Position numbers and translations under genes: made by a program | The notes under the pieces: model-generated | The model's database searches: none | The model's input: only the letters and a program-made list of their open reading frames with translations | Told to the model about the DNA's origin: nothing | NCBI GenBank assembly: GCA_963828525.1 | Contig: CAWHEP010000016.1 | Span: 1 to 64,000, forward strand | Length of the DNA stretch: 64,000 nucleotides | Reading direction: 5' to 3' | Source: an uncultured Verrucomicrobiae bacterium | GTDB taxonomy: Bacteria; Verrucomicrobiota; Verrucomicrobiia; Chthoniobacterales; Chthoniobacteraceae | In this document: piece after piece, positions 20,354-30,458 of the stretch | Numbering within the stretch: position 1 is the first letter of the stretch | Layout of the letters: each line of letters opens with the position of its first letter

Positions 20354-20465
20354 ATGCGGGGGATTTCCTGTCGAAGATGTTGCGCATAACCGCGAAACAG
20401 ACAAGAGGAACGTTGAACGGTCCTCCAAGCTTGAAATGGCGTTTCCCAGCGCTCATTTTGGAAGC

Positions 20466-21173
20466 ATGAAGATATCCCCCCATTCTCCCTTTGTTAATTG
20501 GCGCGCCAACCTGTCCCGCGCTTTGAGCATCAGCGCGGTGTTACTGGTTCAAGCCGCGGCTGTGCCCGCGTATGCTGCCGACGATGTAACAAAGAGCGCC
20601 CTGGAGACAGATCCTCAAGGGTGGGTGGATATTCTGCCGCCGCCGGACTTGAGCGGATGGGCTCGCGTTCCCTATCGCGTAGGCGCCAAAATCACGCGTC
20701 AGCAGTGGCACGTGGATAATGGCGTATTGACCTGCGACGGAGACGGAGGGCACGATATGCTCCTGCTCAGTCGACCGATCGGAAACTCGATTTTCCACGT
20801 AGAATTTTGTTTCAAGAAAATCGATAAGCCAAAGGCCGGCTACAATAGCGGAGTCTTCGTTCGAACCCTTCTCGATGGCTCAATCTGGCATCAGGCGCAG
20901 GTAAGCCTGGACGGAGGGTATTTCTTTGGCGTCACCCCGGCTCCGGCCGGACCCACCAGGTTCAGAGTGGAGAACAAACCTTCGCGTGTGACTGAAGCTG
21001 GCACTTGGAATACTTATGAAGTCACCGCGCAGGGATCAAAGCTGAGTCTCTGGGTCAATGGTTACGTGACGGCCGTCTATCCTGACTGCGGCCAGGCAAA
21101 AGGGTGCGTGGGGCTGGAGGGAGAGGGCTATTCTATCCAGTTCAGGAACCTGAAGCTGAAGGAACTCCCTTAA
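20466..21173 (+). CDS. Secreted DUF1080 (3-keto-disaccharide hydrolase-like) protein
   Basis: LSGW, NSGVFVR, GTWNTYEV, VNG and FRNLKLKEL motifs. Confidence 0.88.
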   Translation: MKISPHSPFVNWRANLSRALSISAVLLVQAAAVPAYAADDVTKSALETDPQGWVDILPPPDLSGWARVPYRVGAKITRQQWHVDNGVLTCDGDGGHDMLLLSRPIGNSIFHVEFCFKKIDKPKAGYNSGVFVRTLLDGSIWHQAQVSLDGGYFFGVTPAPAGPTRFRVENKPSRVTEAGTWNTYEVTAQGSKLSLWVNGYVTAVYPDCGQAKGCVGLEGEGYSIQFRNLKLKELP

Positions 21174-21271
21174 CCCGCGGGCTGAGTTCGGCGGACCCGA
21201 GGTTGGGTGTGCCCTCGATCTCTTTCATTCTCGCCTCTTGGCTGGCCTGTAATCTGCTAGTTCAGCGTCCA

Positions 21272-22837
21272 GTGAAAATTCTCATTGCGGACGATGATGT
21301 TTCAATCCGCGGACTGTTACGTGTAAGCCTCACCCGATGGGGCCACGAGGTCGTGGAGGCGACGGATGGGACCCAGGCCCTGTCAATTATGGAGGAGTGC
21401 CCCGAAATCCAGTTTGCGATCATCGACTGGACCATGCCGGGGGTACAGGGGATCGACGTGTGCCGGCAGCTCCGCGAAAGAAAAAGCGATGTTTATATCC
21501 TCCTCGTGACCGGGAAGGGGAACGATCACGATGTCTCGACGGGACTGGAAGCGGGCGCAAACGACTACCTCACGAAACCGTTCGCGCAGGATGTTCTTCG
21601 ACTGCGGGTGCTCGTGGGGATGCGGTTTGTGGAAATGCGGTCTTTGCTCGTGGAGAAGGTTCACCAACTCGAAGGCGGCATCGCGGAGCGCCGCGAGGTG
21701 GACGCTCTTCTGCGGGAGATGATGGAAACCCACGAGGGCGTGTCGGATCTCTTGTTTGCAGTCGGCAAGTATCCCCAGATAGAGGTTTATGGAAAACTGA
21801 CGCCGGTCAAAATACCCCACTGGGAGGAGCTGCTGACGCCCACCCGCATAAAACAATTGTGCGACTACCTCATGGAAGGGCAACCGCGCCTCCATGTTGA
21901 TTACAATGAACGCGGTTCCTGCGACTGCAGTTACGCGGTTGAAGATTTCGCGCGGCTGAGGGTCAACATTTTCAAGCGGAACGGGGAGCCAGCCATCGTG
22001 ATGCGCAAACTCCAGTCAGAGGTGCCCTCTCTCGATAAGCTCGGCCTGCCGCCGATTTTTAGGGACATCATCCGGGAGAAGAACGGCATTGTTTTTGTCA
22101 CCGGGGGCACGGGGAGCGGCAAGACAACCACCCTGGCGGCAATGCTGAACGAGCTGAATCTTACTTCCGAAATCCATATTGTGAGTCTGGAAGATCCCAT
22201 CGAGTTCGTGCAGTCTCCAAACGGGAAAGCCACTTTTAGTCAGCGCCAGCTGGGCCGCGACTTCATTGATTTCGCTGGCGGCCTCCGCGCCGCCCTGCGC
22301 CAGGCGCCCAAGGTAATCCTAGTCGGAGAGATTCGTGACAGGGAAACGCTGGAGATCGCAATGATGGCTTCCGAAACGGGGCATCTCGTCTTCAGCACGC
22401 TCCACACAATCAACGCTGGGCAGTCGATCGGGCGTGTTCTCGGCATGTTCAGCAAGGAAGAGGAACTACAGGTGCGCCAGCGCCTCGCCGAGACTCTGCG
22501 GTTTGTCATAAGTCAGCGCCTTGTTTCAAAGGCCGGCGGAGGGCGCTTGCTCGTCACCGAAATCATGGGCAGCAGCCTCCGGACGAGAGAAGCGATTACC
22601 TACGGGGAAAGCGAAGGGCGCACATTTAGCGATATCATCGAGGCAGGCGCTACCAAAGGCTGGCATAGCTTCGACCAATCCCTTCTTAAGGCATACGAGA
22701 GCGACCTGATCACCGATGAGACAGCTATGCTCTATTGCAACAACAAGACGAGCATGAGTCACAGAATCGACAGGGTGAAGCAAATCCGGGGCTCCACCGT
22801 GGAAGGCATCATAGGCTTGAAGTTGTCCACGGCGTAG
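21272..22837 (+). CDS. Response-regulator receiver domain fused to a PilT/PilU type IV pilus ATPase
   Basis: REC: ILIADDD...IIDWTMP...LVT...YLTKPF. PilT: GGTGSGKTTT, EDPIE, ALRQAPKVILVGEIRD, TGHLVFSTLH. One continuous ORF. Confidence 0.88.
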   Translation: MKILIADDDVSIRGLLRVSLTRWGHEVVEATDGTQALSIMEECPEIQFAIIDWTMPGVQGIDVCRQLRERKSDVYILLVTGKGNDHDVSTGLEAGANDYLTKPFAQDVLRLRVLVGMRFVEMRSLLVEKVHQLEGGIAERREVDALLREMMETHEGVSDLLFAVGKYPQIEVYGKLTPVKIPHWEELLTPTRIKQLCDYLMEGQPRLHVDYNERGSCDCSYAVEDFARLRVNIFKRNGEPAIVMRKLQSEVPSLDKLGLPPIFRDIIREKNGIVFVTGGTGSGKTTTLAAMLNELNLTSEIHIVSLEDPIEFVQSPNGKATFSQRQLGRDFIDFAGGLRAALRQAPKVILVGEIRDRETLEIAMMASETGHLVFSTLHTINAGQSIGRVLGMFSKEEELQVRQRLAETLRFVISQRLVSKAGGGRLLVTEIMGSSLRTREAITYGESEGRTFSDIIEAGATKGWHSFDQSLLKAYESDLITDETAMLYCNNKTSMSHRIDRVKQIRGSTVEGIIGLKLSTA

Positions 22838-22864
22838 AGCGCGCGTACAATGGAGGGGTATCGC

Positions 22865-23509
22865 ATGACCCCTCAAGCGCTCAAACATCTCAGGCGACAG
22901 TGCGCGGTGATGCGCCGACTCATCAAAGAGACGGGGCCTTGTACTCTGGCGCCAGAAGCGCGCCGCTCCCCGTTTGAGTCACTCGTCCGCGCGGTCGCGC
23001 ACCAGCAATTGAACGGTAAGGCTGCCGAGAGCATCCTCCGCCGTTTCCGCGCTTTGTTTGCCACACGCCGCTTCCCGAACGCGCGTGAACTGGCGAATGT
23101 CTCCGACGAGGCGCTCCGCGGATGCGGATTCTCCAGAGCCAAGATCGCCTCGCTCCGGGATATCGCCGAAAAGACGCTCTCCGGAGTGATCCCGACATCC
23201 CGAGCCATCGCCAAAATGAGTAATGAGGAGATCATCGCGCGGCTCATTACAGTGCGTGGGGTCGGGCGATGGACTGTGGAAATGATGTTGATCTTCCAAC
23301 TCGGGCGGCCCGATGTTTTGCCTGTAGACGATTTCGGTGTCCGAAATGGCTTTCGGATTGCCTTTGGCCTCCCGGCCATGCCGAAGCCTAGGGATTTGCT
23401 TCCGTATGGCGAAAAGTGGAGTCCTCACAAAACAACCGCTGCCTGGTACCTCTGGCGGACGGCGGATGCCTCCCGTGGGAGTAAGGCAATTGCCGGCGTA
23501 AACGCGTGA
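22865..23509 (+). CDS. DNA-3-methyladenine glycosylase II (AlkA/HhH-GPD family)
   Basis: VAHQQLNGKAA, RGVGRWTVEM, PVDDFG and AAWYLWR motifs. Confidence 0.92.
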   Translation: MTPQALKHLRRQCAVMRRLIKETGPCTLAPEARRSPFESLVRAVAHQQLNGKAAESILRRFRALFATRRFPNARELANVSDEALRGCGFSRAKIASLRDIAEKTLSGVIPTSRAIAKMSNEEIIARLITVRGVGRWTVEMMLIFQLGRPDVLPVDDFGVRNGFRIAFGLPAMPKPRDLLPYGEKWSPHKTTAAWYLWRTADASRGSKAIAGVNA

Positions 23510-24513
23510 AAGCTTATCAGCTCCTTTCCCAATCTGGCAGCGAGCTCTGCCCATGCGAGATCCCCATCCCTTCTCCAGGCCCTGGCGAGGTGCTCGTGCG
23601 CGTCCGCGCCACATCGCTGAATTATCGCGACCTTATGGTTTCCGACGGCCGCTATGGACGAGTGGCATTACCACTGACGCCCCTTTCCGACGGCGCTGGA
23701 GAGGTAGTGGCGGTCGGGGAGGGGGTCGCTAAATGGGAAAAAGGAGACCGGGTTGCGGGTAGCTTCTTCCAGGGTTGGATCAGCGGGCCTTTTCGGCGTG
23801 ACCACATGGAAACGGCCCTGGGCGGCTCTCTTCCAGGGATGCTTGCCGAATACGTCGTTCTTTCGGCGGAGGGCCTCGCCTCTATTCCCCATCATTTGAG
23901 CTTTGAGGCGGCAGCCACTTTGCCGTGCGCGGCGGTCACAGCCTGGAACGCTTTGGTGGAGCAGGCGGGAGTCGGGCCAGGCGATACAGTGCTGCTACTG
24001 GGAACGGGGGGAGTTTCCATTTTTTCACTTCAAATCGCCCGCTTGCGGGGCGCTCGCGTCATCATCACTTCCAGCAGCGAGGCGAAGCTCGATCAGGCCA
24101 GACAGCTCGGCGCCGATGAAGTCATCAACTACCGCCAAACTCCGGATTGGGAAAAAGAAGTGTTCAGGCTGACAGGCAAAAAAGGCGTCGATCACGTTGT
24201 TGAAGTGGGCGGCGCCGGCACGCTCGTGAAATCACTTCGATCCCTCGCTCCCGGTGGAACGGTCAGCCTGGTCGGCGGGGTAAGCGGGTTTATCAGCGAT
24301 CTGCCGTTGCTCGAAGTGATCGCCAAAGCGGCTGTCCTGCGCGGCATCTATGTAGGCAGCCGGGAAATGTTCGAAGCGATGAATACGGCGTTCCACGTAA
24401 ACAAAATCCAGCCAGTCATCGCCCGGGTCTTTCCGTTTGAAGACGCGGCGGAAGCCTACGCTTTCCTGCAAAGCGGCTCACACTTCGGGAAGGTAGTCAT
24501 CAGCTTGCCCTGA
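23506..24513 (+). CDS. MDR family NAD(P)-dependent alcohol dehydrogenase-like oxidoreductase
   Basis: SLNYRD, PLSDGAG, GTGGVS and HFGKVVI motifs. Confidence 0.92.
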   Translation: MKAYQLLSQSGSELCPCEIPIPSPGPGEVLVRVRATSLNYRDLMVSDGRYGRVALPLTPLSDGAGEVVAVGEGVAKWEKGDRVAGSFFQGWISGPFRRDHMETALGGSLPGMLAEYVVLSAEGLASIPHHLSFEAAATLPCAAVTAWNALVEQAGVGPGDTVLLLGTGGVSIFSLQIARLRGARVIITSSSEAKLDQARQLGADEVINYRQTPDWEKEVFRLTGKKGVDHVVEVGGAGTLVKSLRSLAPGGTVSLVGGVSGFISDLPLLEVIAKAAVLRGIYVGSREMFEAMNTAFHVNKIQPVIARVFPFEDAAEAYAFLQSGSHFGKVVISLP

Positions 24514-25070
24514 AGCCTGCAGCGCTGAGCAGCGCGCCGTTTTCCCGACCGCCGTTCGAGAACCACCGCCCCCACGGGTGGCAGATTGAAGAGGTAGCCG
24601 TTGGTGATCTGCGCATCGTAGCCGCCATTGGCGTATTCCCGTTCGAATTCGACCTGGAATACGGACCATGACGAATTGAAGATTTCCTTGTAGGCCGACC
24701 CGCTGGGCAGGCCGAGCCATGAACTGTCCTGCTGCACGTCCGGCGTTCCGAAAGTGATGACGGTGAAGAGGGACTGGTTCGAACCGCAGGTATAGGCAAT
24801 GGTGCGATTCCCGGTGGCCACGACCTGGTAATTTGAGCTGCCTCGCAGGCCCTTGGATGCATCGTTGCGCAGGCCCATCAATTGCCGGAACCATGCGAGT
24901 ACGCGAGTTTGATCGGTGGGGTCGCCAGCGGGGAACTCGCAATTCTGCGGGTTGATGACTTCGTTGAAATCAGGGAACGAAAAGGGGGTCGTCTCGCCGA
25001 TTTCCTGGCCCATGAAGAGCATCGGGGCGCCGTTGGAGAGCAGAGTGAGGGCGCCCATGGCCTTGGCCAT
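24456..25070 (-). pseudogene. C-terminal fragment of a GH13 (branching enzyme/TreZ-like) gene
   Basis: PMLFMGQE plus an alpha-amylase C-domain (YKEIFNS, LPPVGAVVL); an in-frame stop lies 9 codons upstream of the ATG; the catalytic barrel is absent. Confidence 0.65.
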
Positions 25071-25193
25071 TTGATGGCCAAAGCCGAAGATGCTCTATCA
25101 AGGCAGACGCAGCGTAGCGAGGAGCCCTGCACTGCACGGGCCATCCGCCCGCGATTATATTCCATGTGCGTTTAGCGCGGAAAACGCTGGATA

Positions 25194-26321
25194 TTATTCC
25201 ACGCTAAACTCCGACGAACGGAATCTGAAGCCCGCGAGTGGATTACTGCCGGCTTCAACGCCTTTGCGAAGCGATAAAACCTTGAAGTGAGTGCCCATCA
25301 GGTTTGGATGCATTAGTTGCGACAGCGCCAGGGATGCATGCAGATTTTCGCGCGCGTCCTTCCCGGGGCTCCAGCCTTCTGCTGCCAGCCCGGCGATGAA
25401 ATGATGCTGATCCGTAAACCCATCTACGATGAAGCCCGCCGTCCTAGCAGCGCGGGCGAGACCCGTAAAATCCACCCGTGTGGTGATATCCCTCTCTCCT
25501 GGCTGTTGCAAAGGATCGTCAAACCGCTGGTGCGAAGCGTAGCAGGCGAGGGTGCCGAGGGCAGGTTGCTGTAGCCCGGGCGGCTTCCGACAATCACCAT
25601 AGTCCAGCACCAAGACGTATCCGCTGACAAGGCTGGACGAGAGGGCTTCGAGGAAAGAGGAGGAGTCGAGGTTCGCTTCGAGCATCGAGCCTTCGCGCAT
25701 TCCGCGGCCAGCCTCTTCAGCATAGGCGCGAAGCGCTGGGGAAGAAATAGGTAATTCGACAAACTCGAACCCGGTCCCGCGAGTGACGACGCGCCTCTCC
25801 TTCCACCCGCCTTCTCGCAGCGTGAGGAGATGCGCGGGCATCGCGTCGATAAGCTCGTTTGAGAAATGAACGCCTGAGAATGGTTCTCCCAACGCGGGTT
25901 GCCACGAGACCTTGTCCGCAAAATCCGCCAACTTCTCCTCCTGCATCGCGCGCAGTTTTGTGAGCGGTTCCACAAGCACGTAACGAAGCGCCTCCATGAA
26001 CCCCGGAGCATTATCCGACACAGAACGGAGTACGTCGCGCGCGAGCTGCCCATCGTTGCCGCCCTGCTCGACGAGGCAAAAGCGATCTGGCTTGCCAAGC
26101 CGTTCCCATATTTGCAGGAACTGCATGGAGAGCAACCGTCCGAACAGGGGGCCGACGCTCACGTTCGTAAAAAAGTCCCCCTCCTTGCCGATGCGCGCTT
26201 TTCCAGAAGCATAGTAGCCATATTCCGGATGGTAGAGAGCCTGCTCCATGAACCATCGGAATGTGACCGGTCCTTCGTCTGCGATCCGGCGCCGGATCAA
26301 TTCTGTAAGGGGAGATGTCAC
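25194..26321 (-). CDS. SAM-dependent methyltransferase, MidA/NDUFAF7 family
   Basis: FMEQALYHPEYGYY, GDFFT, SNELIDA, LDYG and DIT motifs. Confidence 0.92.
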   Translation of the reverse strand: MTSPLTELIRRRIADEGPVTFRWFMEQALYHPEYGYYASGKARIGKEGDFFTNVSVGPLFGRLLSMQFLQIWERLGKPDRFCLVEQGGNDGQLARDVLRSVSDNAPGFMEALRYVLVEPLTKLRAMQEEKLADFADKVSWQPALGEPFSGVHFSNELIDAMPAHLLTLREGGWKERRVVTRGTGFEFVELPISSPALRAYAEEAGRGMREGSMLEANLDSSSFLEALSSSLVSGYVLVLDYGDCRKPPGLQQPALGTLACYASHQRFDDPLQQPGERDITTRVDFTGLARAARTAGFIVDGFTDQHHFIAGLAAEGWSPGKDARENLHASLALSQLMHPNLMGTHFKVLSLRKGVEAGSNPLAGFRFRSSEFSVE

Positions 26322-26426
26322 GCGCGATTTGGGATAGGAGAATGCCCGCGATCCCGGCGAGCATCCGTGGCCGTTGCTTGATTTTACGGGTTGGGTTTAA
26401 TGTAGCGAATCGAAAAGGGGGAAATC

Positions 26427-27125
26427 ATATCCGATCAAGAGCAAGGATGCGTTGAAACGGCGGGTTCCATCCAGGCGCTTTTCGCCTCCATTGCGACGCG
26501 ATACGATTTTGCGAATCATCTCCTGAGTGGCGGATGCGACTTCTTTTGGCGTCGCAGGGTTGCCGCCATCGTGGGAGCCTGGTCGCCCGACTCCATCCTG
26601 GACGTCGCCACAGGCAGCGGGGATTTGGCGCTCGCGCTAAAGCGGCGAATCCCTGCGGCCCGCGTTGTCGGCACAGACTTCTGCCAACCCATGTTGTTGC
26701 GCGCTCAAGAGAAGGGGCTGGAGGAAGTGGTTCTCGCGGACGCTCTGAGCCTTCCTTTTCCGGATGGCGCTTTCGACGTCGTGACGGTTGCTTTCGGACT
26801 GAGAAACATGACCTGCTGGCCGCTCGCGCTGCGCGAGATGCGCCGGGTGCTCAGGGACGGAGGGCACATTCTAGTGCTTGATTTCTCCATCCCGCCGCCC
26901 CCTTTGAGAGCTGCTTACCGTTTCTACCTGCACCGATGTCTCCCGCTCTTGGCGGGTCTTGTAACCGGGGAACGTGATGCCTACCGATACCTTGGCGATT
27001 CAATCGAGAGATTCCCCAGCGGCGCCCAGATGCGAGCACTGCTCGACCAATGCGGCTACAAAGATCCCACAGCCGAACCGAAGACGGGAGGCATCGTCTC
27101 CATCTATACGGGAAAAGCAGGCTAG
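26427..27125 (+). CDS. ubiE: Demethylmenaquinone/ubiquinone methyltransferase UbiE/MenG; probable ATA start
   Basis: The frame is open from 26406 and encodes LFASIATRYDFANHLLSGG..WRR upstream of the listed GTG; LDVATGSGD, FGLRN and YL.DSI..FP motifs. Confidence 0.88.
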   Translation: MSDQEQGCVETAGSIQALFASIATRYDFANHLLSGGCDFFWRRRVAAIVGAWSPDSILDVATGSGDLALALKRRIPAARVVGTDFCQPMLLRAQEKGLEEVVLADALSLPFPDGAFDVVTVAFGLRNMTCWPLALREMRRVLRDGGHILVLDFSIPPPPLRAAYRFYLHRCLPLLAGLVTGERDAYRYLGDSIERFPSGAQMRALLDQCGYKDPTAEPKTGGIVSIYTGKAG

Positions 27126-27132
27126 CCCCGCG

Positions 27133-28975
27133 TCACGTGGCTGGGATGCTCGACGGCGCGGAGCGCAGCGGTGACGGAGAAGCCTGCGAAGGCGCAATCG
27201 GAGAAGGATCTGGTTTCCAGCTTGCATCAAGCGGGAGGATCAATCCATCGACGTCAGGCTGGCTCAGCGAAAACTCCCCATTCATCTCGTCAGTCCACGC
27301 GTTCCACATCCCCTCGTTGTCGCGCTTACCCAGCAGCAACCGGTGGCGTTTCCCAGACGCAATGAACGTAACGATCATCCCCGCCTCGCTGCTATCGCGA
27401 GTCTTGCTTCCTGCCGACCACCTAACCGCCCGCAGTTGCGAAAGTGTCCGGGTCAGGGACTCAATATTTGTTTGGTTTAGAGGGCCCGATCCCTTGACGA
27501 GTCTCCACCCCGAGTTCCCAGTTCGGGCAATGGCTGTGTCCGGTCTTCCTTTGTGGGTGACATCAATATCCGTGATCTCCTCTGGCCTAAACTTGAAGAT
27601 CATCAGATCCTGCCACTCGACGGAATCCTTGGGAATCTGATCAAGGATCGCTTTGCTTACGCTCACAATAAAGGGCTCATTCTCGAGCCTCGCATATACG
27701 CTGCTTCCCCCAATCGACTTTCCAAATGAGAGCGATTCAATCGGGCGTTCACCAGCTCCCGTTTCGGCAGTGGTGTCGGAGGCGTAGGAGCTGAACACGA
27801 GCCTTAGTTGCGGCTTATCCAATCCATACCTGGCCAGGTCCGAGGCGACATCTGAGATAAATGCCGTAGTCGGCTGGCTCTCCAGTGACGCCATCAAAGC
27901 GCGCGCCTGATTTCCATTCGCCAGCTTGCCCCCGGACGTTTTGATGGTCCAATCCTCCTCCTTCCGCGCGAGAACGATCTCCGGGCGCCCTGCCGGTTGG
28001 ATGCGCACCCGATCCACAATATCGAAGTTTAGGCGCAAAAGGTGGCGATCTCGGAGGTCGTTTGGCCGTTGTTCGACGATGGCCCCGACGGTGGCAGGGA
28101 CGAGGCAGGTTGAGTCGCGACTTTCCAACCGCGCGTAAACCTTCTTTTTGTCGGCGTCGTCGGCATGGCCTAATTCAAAAACCTCAGGTTTATCCGATGA
28201 GGCGCTATAGAGAGAGACGGTGCCGCGCGGATCTCCCAACCCAAATCCGCCAGGGCTTTCACTTGCCGGGATGAATGTGTCGATGCGCGAATTCACAACC
28301 TGCGCGAGCATGTCGCTGATCTTCTCATCATCTCCGCGAGCGCTGATCGGCTTGCTAATCTGCCAGTGTCCCTGGTTCTTCTCCGCCTGGATCTCTCCGG
28401 CCGCAGTCTTTATTACCAGCTTCTCAATCTGGGACACGTCCAACGCGCTAATTCTCCGATCCCGCAGGTCGTCTGCCTTCCTCGATAGCTTTGGGCGCAG
28501 GCCGCTATCCACGACATACACCGTTTTCGAGCCTTCCAGCCCCATGTAGAGTTTGCCCTCCACGGCCGCGTCGGAATCCAATAAGCAATTCCGGGGGGGC
28601 GCCGTCTCCAAGCAACTTGAGGCGGATGTCGGACTTCGAAATACCGAATTCTTTCTCTTGTTCTTCCTTTGCTTCCAGCGAAGCATCTTTTTTCAGGGCC
28701 TGTATCGCGTCAAGCAACTGTCCCACGGCGGCGGCATCCGCTCTGTCGCTGAGCGGTTTTTCGAGCCGCCATTCGCCAGCCTTCTTTCGGGCTTCGATAC
28801 GGCCCTCCTTGTTTGAAAGATTGAATCCTGTGATCTTTTCTGGATCAAAGGCCACCACGTATTGTTCCCTTTCTGTAGCCTCGCGGGTTCCGGGCATGTT
28901 GCCCTCGTAGAGCTTTATGAAAGCGAACAACCCCGCGGCAACGATTAACAGGAGGAATGTAGTTCTTGTTTTCAA
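27133..28975 (-). CDS. DUF4340 domain protein; frameshift near 28580
   Basis: N-terminal anchor MKTRTTFLLL; repeated LRDRR/LRDRH and YGLDKP units; two overlapping ORFs join. Confidence 0.8.
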
Positions 28976-28981
28976 CGTTTC

Positions 28982-30454
28982 TCAGCTCCGCCGCCGCAGG
29001 AGCACCAGACCGCCGATCACTCCCGCGCAACAGGGAATTACAATCACAACCAGAAGCAGGAGATTGCTGGTTTGAGCCTCTGTCAGACTCAGCGTGAACA
29101 TGTGCGCCACTTTCGGCGAGATTCCGGTTAACTCAGATCGATCAAGCAGCCAGTTGAGGCCGCTAAGGGCGAAATCCAGGTTGACCTGGGTGAGCGCCTG
29201 GTTCGCAAGGAAGTCTGAATTCCCCACCACGATCATGCGCGAGGAATTCACCTGAAGGCGAGTGTCGTTAAGCGCGCCTTTCTCGACGGCGACCGCCACC
29301 GTGAGAGGGGGGGCGTGATCGGTTTTAGGGTTAAAAAAGATATTGTCGCTATTATAATCCGTCGATCCCCAGAACCCATCCGGTGCTCGCGCGAGCGGCT
29401 CTAACACGATCCCGGAAGAGCGGACGCGTTCCGCGTCGATACCCAGCGACTCCGTCTCTCCCGAAAACATGAGCGTAGCGTCTTTAAGACGCTTGGTAAT
29501 CTGCGCGCCGGGCACACAGACAGCCGGAACCTGGCGCATGATCCCTTTGCCGAGCGGACCAAGATCCATTGTCTTTAATACCCGGTCTTCGCGGGGCGCA
29601 ACGCCCATCCCGTAAAGGAAAGCTGACAGCTTTGGTGTGGAAGATCCCGGATGAAGCAGGATCATCAGCCGGCCTTTGTTCTTCCAGTAACCTTGCAGCA
29701 ACAAAATCTCGCGGTCTGAAAAATCATATTTCGGATGCTGTATGAGAATCGCTTTCGCATCGGGGGAAATCGTGTCAACGTTTGCTAGGTTCACGGCTGT
29801 TAGCTTGATGTTTTGACGTTCGATCAACGTTTTGGCATTAGTCAGCTCATCGCCGCTGAGATCCATTTCGCCGTGTCCAGTGATATACAGCACGGAGTTC
29901 TGGCGCGCTTCGCTTACCTCTAGCAACGCGCTCGCAAGCGCCTGCTCTCCTTTGAATGCCTCGATTCGCGCTTGTTGTCCCAGCTCCGCCCCGCTGTTGT
30001 CCACCTCCACCAGTTCTGGCGCCGTCACGAATTTAACGCGCCCGTCGTAATCCACGATCAACACATTCTCGTTCGCGCCGAACTTGTATTTATCCTGTAG
30101 CTGGCGCGCCCGGGTGAAGTTCCGGAACGGGTCGATATATTCGATCTCCACCTTCTTCTTGCCGGCATATTGCACCTCCTTCAGGAGGTTCAGGACGTCC
30201 GCGTAAACAATGCTGCCAGGCGAGAAGAAGACCAGGATTTTCGCGGGCTTCTTCAACTCCTTGAGAAGATGGATGGTAGTATCCGAAAGCGCGTATTTCC
30301 GATCGCGGGAGAAGTCCCAACGTTTAAAATGATTGAACCCGACATAATTGATCATCGCGACGATCATGAGCGTCGCAGCGACCTGCCCCAGCACATTGAG
30401 CCCGATCTGAACGCGCTTAATCTTGAATGGTCTTGTCGGCTCGGAATTCAACAT
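28982..30454 (-). CDS. GldG-like ABC transporter auxiliary component
   Basis: RWDFS...YALS, GEQAL, GHGE, VVGNSDF, NWL motifs and a C-terminal TM helix. Confidence 0.88.
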   Translation of the reverse strand: MLNSEPTRPFKIKRVQIGLNVLGQVAATLMIVAMINYVGFNHFKRWDFSRDRKYALSDTTIHLLKELKKPAKILVFFSPGSIVYADVLNLLKEVQYAGKKKVEIEYIDPFRNFTRARQLQDKYKFGANENVLIVDYDGRVKFVTAPELVEVDNSGAELGQQARIEAFKGEQALASALLEVSEARQNSVLYITGHGEMDLSGDELTNAKTLIERQNIKLTAVNLANVDTISPDAKAILIQHPKYDFSDREILLLQGYWKNKGRLMILLHPGSSTPKLSAFLYGMGVAPREDRVLKTMDLGPLGKGIMRQVPAVCVPGAQITKRLKDATLMFSGETESLGIDAERVRSSGIVLEPLARAPDGFWGSTDYNSDNIFFNPKTDHAPPLTVAVAVEKGALNDTRLQVNSSRMIVVGNSDFLANQALTQVNLDFALSGLNWLLDRSELTGISPKVAHMFTLSLTEAQTSNLLLLVVIVIPCCAGVIGGLVLLRRRS

Positions 30455-30458
30455 CCGC

